Below the pieces are notes generated by a model, which saw nothing but the letters and a program-made list of their open reading frames with translations, was not told the DNA's origin and made no database searches. Shown piece by piece: positions 56,925 to 64,000 of a DNA stretch of 64,000 nt. Origin of the DNA: the human T2T-CHM13v2.0 reference genome, Homo sapiens; NCBI RefSeq assembly GCF_009914755.1, contig NC_060926.1. One strand, 5' to 3'. The translations under genes were made by a program, and so were the position numbers. Numbering within the stretch: position 1 is the first letter of the stretch; each line of letters starts with the position of its first letter.

Positions 56925-58888
56925 AAACAAATAAAAAATCTTACAATTTATTCTATGAGGTAGGAATAACCTTAATACAAAAACCTGATAAGGACATTAT
57001 GAGAAAGAAAAATCCAAATTTGGACACAGCAATTTTAAGCAAATATTAATCAATTGTACACAGCAAAAATATAATATGAATAACACAACATTAGTAAGTG
57101 GGATTTATTCCAGAGAAAGAAGAGGAGGATAAGTTAACGTTAAAAAAAAATCAATTCACTATATTAGCAAGATAAACAAGAAAGCCTCTCAATAGATGCA
57201 GAAAAGTGTTTCATACAATTTAATATAAGTTCATAGTAAAAAAAAACTTTTAGACAAGTGTACAAATTTTTAATCTAAAAAAGAATATTTACCTAAAAAA
57301 CAAAAGCTTATGGTAAAACATTAAGCCCTCCCCTTGTCACTCCCAAGATCAAGAAGGAAACAAGAATGCCTGCAGTCACTTTTATTCAACATTGTAATGA
57401 GTGTTTTCGCTAATGCAATAAAAAAAGAAAAGAAGTATAAAGATCTGAAATAAAACAGTAAGAGGTCTATTATTTGCAGATAACATAAATACATACATAG
57501 AAAAATCATAAAGAATCTAATTAACTTCATGTATCTTTAGTAAATTTGTTGCATACAAGATCAACATCAAAATTAAGTTCATTTCTGTACACTAGAAGCA
57601 AGTAACTAGAAAATGAAAACGTACAAATAAAACTTATAATGCTATCAAAAATACCTATATAGGAATAAATCAAACATATCCTATGAAAACAGTCTAAATA
57701 GAAATCACAAAACATTATTGAGATACTTAAAGAGTCTCCACATTAATGAAGGGTCATCTATACCCATGAATTGGAGAACTCAATGGTAACATGGTAAGAT
57801 GTCAGTTTTTCCACATTGATGTATGGATTCAATCGATCTCGTTAAAAATTCCAACAGTATGTTTGTCTAACTTGATAGTCTGATTATAAAATATGTATGA
57901 AAATACTAGAATAGCCAAGACAATCATGGGTTAAAAGGAAAAAAAATAGAAAAATTAATCACTAGATAGCTAAAATTATCATAAAGCTAAGTAATTAAAA
58001 GAGCACCATATTAAGGCAAGGATATACAAATAGATTAATGGAACAAAGCAGAAAGTAAAGGAAAAGACCACATGATTTATGACAAAGTTGACAGTGCAGT
58101 GCAGTGTAGAAAGGATGGTCTTCTTAATAAATAATGCTAAATTTAATGGATGTCTACATATTTTTTAAATAAATCATAATCCCTCAGATACATTAGAAAC
58201 AAAAACCAACTGCAGGTAGATTGTAAACCTAAAATGTGAAAACTAAAACAATAAAATTTTCTGGAAGAAAATATTGACAACAATTTTTATGGCCTTTGGG
58301 AAAAAACAAAGATTTAATAAACATTCAAAAGAGCTCTAAAAAAGGAGATAATAATTGATAAATCATCCTATATTAAAATTAAGAACATCTATATATCAAA
58401 ATCATTATTAAGAGGGTATTAAAGCATCATACAGAGTAGGGAAAGATACTCTGGATTCATAGCCAGAATACATAAAGAACTCCCGCAAATCAAGAAGCAA
58501 AATATAGACAGATAAATAGAAAAATAGTCACATATAAATAGACATTTCACATAAAAGAATAGACAAATGACCAATAAACATATTAAAACATGTTCAATAT
58601 TATTAGACCTCAGAGAAACTAAATGGCTAGAAATGTTAAAACCAACAACACCAAGTGTAAGAAAGTATAGGGAGCAAGTGGAAATTTCATATCGTATTGG
58701 TGATAATGTAGACTGGTAAAATCATTTAGTTAAACTCTGACAAGATCTACTAAAGCTGACATACACATAACCTGTAACCAATTATTTCACACTGATATGC
58801 ATGCAAATGTGCACCTACATACATGTACAAGAATGTTTATTGCAGTACTTTCCAGAGTGCCCCAAGACTGGAAATAAAGTGCTCATCA

Positions 58889-59185
<297 letters not shown>

Positions 59186-59222
59186 GGAGAACAGATAAAG
59201 AAGTTATGTTACAATTGCATAA

Positions 59223-59657
59223 TGTGTATCTTTTCATATCCTCTGGTAAGCAAATGATGGAAAGAGTTAAGGGTACAAGAGATTTATTGAGAGTAATGCC
59301 TGTGAAATAAATGGGGCAGGAGAGGGCAGGGTAAGGCTTCAAACTGCAAAGCAGGTCTGACATTTGTGAAAGAGAGGGGGAAGAAAGGAGGATTGGGTAG
59401 AGAGGAGCCTCAGATGATGATGTAGCTCTGACAACGTCTCAGCCAGTTCAAAGGGGAGCCCCAGTGCAAATATGTCCATGGAGGAGTGCCACATCGAGCA
59501 GAAATACTCAAGACCTTCGTATCCCAGTCATTGGCTGGATGCTGCCCACAGACAGTATGTCCACAACTTGCTGCTGCTTCAGTGGATCCCAAAACGCTGT
59601 AGCTAGGGGCTGTCAGCCCACTCTTCCAGGTTGACCTTTGCATCTCTCTGTCTGACA
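59223..59657 (-). mobile_element. LTR16-like ERVL solo LTR
   Basis: TG...CA ends; 'caagagatttattg', 'gcaggtctgaca', 'cagtcattggctgg', 'ggggctgtcagc'. Confidence 0.75.
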
Positions 59658-60760
59658 TGGAATGGAACACCATAAAACCAACACAAATAGAAAAACTGTG
59701 ACAACATACAACAATGTGGAAAGATCTTACACCCATAATCATGAGCAAAGGAACAAGGCAGGAAAGAGCGCTTACTGCATGATTCCATTTATACAGAGTT
59801 CAAAAAACAGTAAAAACTAATTTATGGAGTTAGACATCAGAATAGTGATTAATTTTGACCAGGGCCTACTGAATGGGAAGGGTACTAGGTGGGCTCCTGT
59901 GATCTAAACATAATAGTCTGGGTGGCAGTTACACATATGTTCACTTTTTAAATAATTTATTGAGCTATATAACAAACTATATGTCCTTATATACACATAT
60001 ATGTATGTATGTCTCACTTCAATCAAAAACAAGTGGCTTTAGAAAATTAATATAGCCAGATAAAGGTATTAACAGGAATAGAAGCCATAGTAAACCTAGC
60101 GTACAAAAGCCAAGAAAATAATGCCTTCATGGACAGTAATGAAATCAGAAGAGAATAAAATACATTTATTTTGATGTAGAAGATTCAAATAATTCTACCA
60201 AAATATTTCTATGATGATTAAACCTCCAATATTAATGGAAAACAGGCGACATGCTGCTGTTTTATTTATTTTCATAAACAACTCTTTGATGGTTTAATAG
60301 CTAATTATATCTTTATCCTGAAAAAGCTTGTGCAGGCTATTAGCTTAATACAGCACTTCTCAACTTTTTCCAGGCTGACATAAGTGAAAACCTAGGAAAA
60401 ACTACCATTATCCTGCTCCCTTTCATTGAATTTGCATTCTCCATTGCATAATAATTAATGTCTGTATTACTTAAATATCATCTTTATAAAGTGCTTCCCC
60501 ACACAGGACATGCTGTTTCCTTTTTCCTTTGCCTAGTCCGTATCTATGTAAAGTCTCAAAATGATAACAGAATGGGGAGAGAACTGGGAAAATGTATAGA
60601 CCACAGAACTGCAGTTACAGGAAGCATCTTGGAACTAATTGGAACACTTATTCAATCGACAAATAAATATTAGAACCTGCTATGTGCTAGGCAGTGCTTT
60701 AGCAGGTTTCATTTGCATAATTACACATAGGGTAGATAGAAATTCACACGAATGGAACCG

Positions 60761-60950
60761 CAGTGTAGTAATGGAAAGAGAACAGGACTGAGATGCAGCT
60801 GAACTGAGTTCTGTCATGCCTCTGCTACTAATTAGATACCTATGATATTGAGCAAGTGATAAAACATTCTGGCCCACAGGTTCCCAAATTGTGAACTGAG
60901 GAGGAGGAACCAAATGATCTTTAAGATTCATTCTGGCAATTTTGCATTCT
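60761..60950 (+). mobile_element. MIR (MIRc/MIR3-like)
   Basis: 'cagtgtagtaatggaaagagaacaggactg', 'ctctgctactaa', 'atgatctttaagattc'. Confidence 0.75.
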
Positions 60951-61033
60951 AGATTTGGATCCCACTGATCAGCCTTGTGACCTCCTTGAGCAAATTACCT
61001 CCTTTTTTGTTTAACTTTTCTCATTTAATGAAA

Positions 61034-61510
61034 TGGCAGTAGAAGAAGCTTTTGGTATTTTCCCACTTCCTTTATCAGGAATCCAATCAACCCCTTCCCT
61101 GAAGAAGTCAAGAGACTGTCCCCCCATCTCAGCTCTAGGCATGTTGCCTAATTAATTTAAGCCATGACATTAATAGCATTATTCCCCTCTCCAAGGTTTG
61201 CTTTAGACATGGGTACCTGATGAAATGCAGGTCAACAAGACAGGGGATGTCTGCTGGGAGGCACATAATGAATAATGGTCTTTTCTCCTCTTGGCTTTCT
61301 GATATCTGAGAATGATGACTGGAACTGCTGTAGTCATCTTGGAACCCCACGGGAATCCAGCCTGAGGTAAGAGCAAAGCTAGCACAGTGTGGAAAACAGT
61401 AGGGTGCTTGGTGCTAAGTACCTCTTGGTACAAAGGGTGCTGAGTATTTGGTAACATTCCTGAGCCAAAGATTGTACTGTGCCATGAGCCTTCCCTACCT
61501 CTCAACCATA
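61034..61510 (+). mobile_element. MLT1K/L-like LTR
   Basis: 'ctgtcccccatctcagctc', 'tctgctgggagg', 'tgatgactggaactgctgtagtcatcttg'. Confidence 0.65.
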
Positions 61511-62913
61511 ACTATCTACTGGCTACTGAGGAAACTGAGCAATTATTCACTCAACAAATATTTCATAATCTGTTTGTTCTGGACATTGAAAGAAGCTAGA
61601 AAAAAATGCAAGAAATGGTCACTTTATTCAAAAACTCAAAATGCATATGCAATAATAAGGAGTGATTACTAGAATTAATTAACAAAGAAAGGCCAGTATC
61701 CCTGAAAGGAGTATTTTAGGCAATATGCAGTCTACCAGTTGAGAAAATGTGGAGATTGTTATGGATTGGAAGGATTACTATACCAGCTGGGAGGAAACAG
61801 ACCACCAGAGGGACGATAACTCTCCAATACAGCTTCAGATGCCTTAGGCCTGAGACACTGGCCTCCTTCCTATCATCTCTGTTGAACGTACAGGCAGTTA
61901 CTGGCTTAAATCAAGGGTGAACCTCCAGTTGGTAGGACGGTGGGACTACGTGGCCAAGAGGACTTATGTCTGGGTGGAAAAATGTTCAAAGCCAAAGAGA
62001 ATGTAACAGGTCAGTTTGAGATGGAGGATTTTTTTCCTCCAGTAGTCATCATCTGGTTTATCATGGGACAAAACCAGGCAAACATTTAAAAATCAGAGGT
62101 TCTCCAATCAGCAATCAGATAAGTGAGCCACAGTAAATCTACAGAGCTGTCCAAACAGAGAGATGTGGCTTCTTTCCAAACAAGTTTATCTGTTGATTTT
62201 ATGTGAATCCAAAGGCTTTCAGGCCAGGACTAGGAGCTGGAGCATGAAAACGATCAGACCAATAGATTTCTTGTGATCAGAAGTGTCTCAGGGCCACAGA
62301 GATTATATAAGAAAGAGACTAGTCAATTCCTCAGAGATACACCTATCATCACTAAAGTTTTACTTTCTCTTCGGAAAAATAAATGGATGTTTCTGTCTTA
62401 TCTTTGCCTCTTTATGATAATGTGGAACTTAACTGGTTTATGCCTTTTTGAAATAAATGACACTACAGTAAATACTGAAAACACGTAAGGAAATATCTGG
62501 CTTACCAGACTCTTTCATTTTGATCTCAAAGTCATAAAAGACAGAAGCTTCCATGTATTTATGGGCACCAGGTTACCTCCAAGTCACAGTCTTTTCCACA
62601 GTTAAGAAAATGACTTGCTTCGATGAATGCTCATATACAATTTGTATAATTTTGGAGAGAAATAAAATTAATGTAGTCATAGAAATATAAACTATTTGAT
62701 TTCAATGAAAACAAAGCTCTTTAATCTATAGCTATTTTAATCACCAGGCATTCAACAAATAGTTTTAAATGTTATTCCCAGGAACATTGTTTCCCAGTGT
62801 GGTACATGAGCCCTGGGGAGGCAAGATAATTTTAGGAGATATGCTGATAAATACTTTTTATCTTATTGGTTATATATTTATTTTACTGTGTGTGTCCATA
62901 AAGAAAAAGACAT

Positions 62914-63214
62914 GGCCAAGCACGGTGGCTCAATCCTCTAATCCCAGAACTTTGGGAGTCCGAGGCGAGCACATCACTTGAGGCCAGGAGTTTGAGACCA
63001 GCCTGGCCAACATGGCAAAACCTTGTCTCTGCTAAAAACACAATAAATTAGCTGGGCATGGTGGTGCCTGCCTGTAATCCTAGCTACTCAGGGGGCTGAG
63101 GCATGAGAATCTCTTGAGTCTGGGAGACAGAGGTTGTAGTGAGTCAAGATGGCACCACTGCACTCCAGCCAGGGCAACAGAACAAGACTTTGTCTAAAAA
63201 TAAATAAATAAATA
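62914..63214 (+). mobile_element. AluSz-like
   Basis: 'tcacttgaggccaggagtt'; perfect TSD aaagaaaaagacat. Confidence 0.95.
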
Positions 63215-63339
63215 AAAGAAAAAGACATATACAAATACAAACACACACACTCTTAGCACATCAAATCCATGATATATACTTTTCACAAATGTATTTAAAC
63301 TTTAAAAGTGAGTTGATTTAAAGAAACATGTTATATAAA

Positions 63340-63726
63340 TGTGGTAGGCAGAATTCTCAAATAGCCCCAAAGATACCCACCCCCGGTACATAAATGTCCT
63401 CCCTTGAGTATGGGAGGAAACTGAATATAATGGAATAGTCACTGCCATGATTAAATTATGTCATGTAAAACAATGTCATAGTAGATTAGGGGGACTTGCT
63501 GTCAGTTGACAGCTAGCAAGAAAGCAGAATCCTCAGTCCTACAACTGTAAAAAACCGAATTCTTTCAACAACGTAAATGAGCTTAGAAGAGAACAACTGC
63601 CTCCAGATGAGACACTGACATCTTGTGACTCCTTGATTTCAGCTTTGTGAGACTCTGAGCAAAGAATCCAGCTAAGCTGAGCTAAGTTTGTAGTAATTTG
63701 TCATACAGCAATAGAAAACTAATAGA
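63340..63726 (+). mobile_element. MLT1E-like LTR (internally deleted)
   Basis: 'tgtggtaggcagaattct', 'gacagctagcaagaaa..cctcagtcctacaac', 'cagcaatagaaaactaata'. Confidence 0.85.
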
Positions 63727-64000
63727 GTAGGTAACAGAACAAGTGATATGGAGCAATGGTAAAAATCATGAAGGTAGTAACTCAAATGACTGAGGCTTGT
63801 AAAACACTGTCCCACCCCAGGAGACAGAACTACTAGACCCAGTCACGGAGGAAAGCCCCTGCCTTGGGTCCTGCACATTAATGGGTATCAAATATCACAA
63901 ATACACACATCCACATCCACACATACACACAAAATGGGCATACACAGGCCCGTCTATTTGGAATCCAACACTGAGTACTAGCAGCACACAATCTATAAGT

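Larger units (their letters stand above)
62785..63809 (+). mobile_element. hAT-Charlie MITE split by an Alu and an MLT1E
   Basis: Termini 'cattgtttccca' and 'tgtaaaacactg'; internal 'tagcacatcaaa', 'aaaagtgagttgatttaaagaaa', 'aaaaatcatgaagg'. Confidence 0.7.

Noticed and set aside
61800-61816. CTCF-like gaccaccagagggacg
   Set aside because: Mismatch at the conserved GGC position; a single motif with no other support

Overview
Human genomic DNA, AT-rich and intergenic/intronic in character. The species call rests on an AluYb8 (human-specific) and an SVA_D-like element. Most of the window is interspersed repeat: about 15 Alus, five large L1 blocks, a full-length SVA, MaLR/ERVL solo LTRs, L2/MIR relics and several DNA-transposon fossils (hAT-Charlie, MER1, Tigger). 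I can support no protein-coding gene, RNA gene, CRISPR array or new biological system. The supplied ORFs are chance frames or Alu/L1/SVA-derived. The most notable items are structural: a consensus-like AluYb8 tail-to-tail with an inverted Alu, a twin-primed L1, three nested elements all cut at one breakpoint, a perfect 36-bp palindrome, a 119-bp mini-MER1 with perfect TSD, a Charlie transposase fossil, and a few candidate non-coding exons and enhancer motifs. Subfamily names come from recalled consensus sequences and need Dfam/RepeatMasker confirmation. Boundaries of old elements are approximate.
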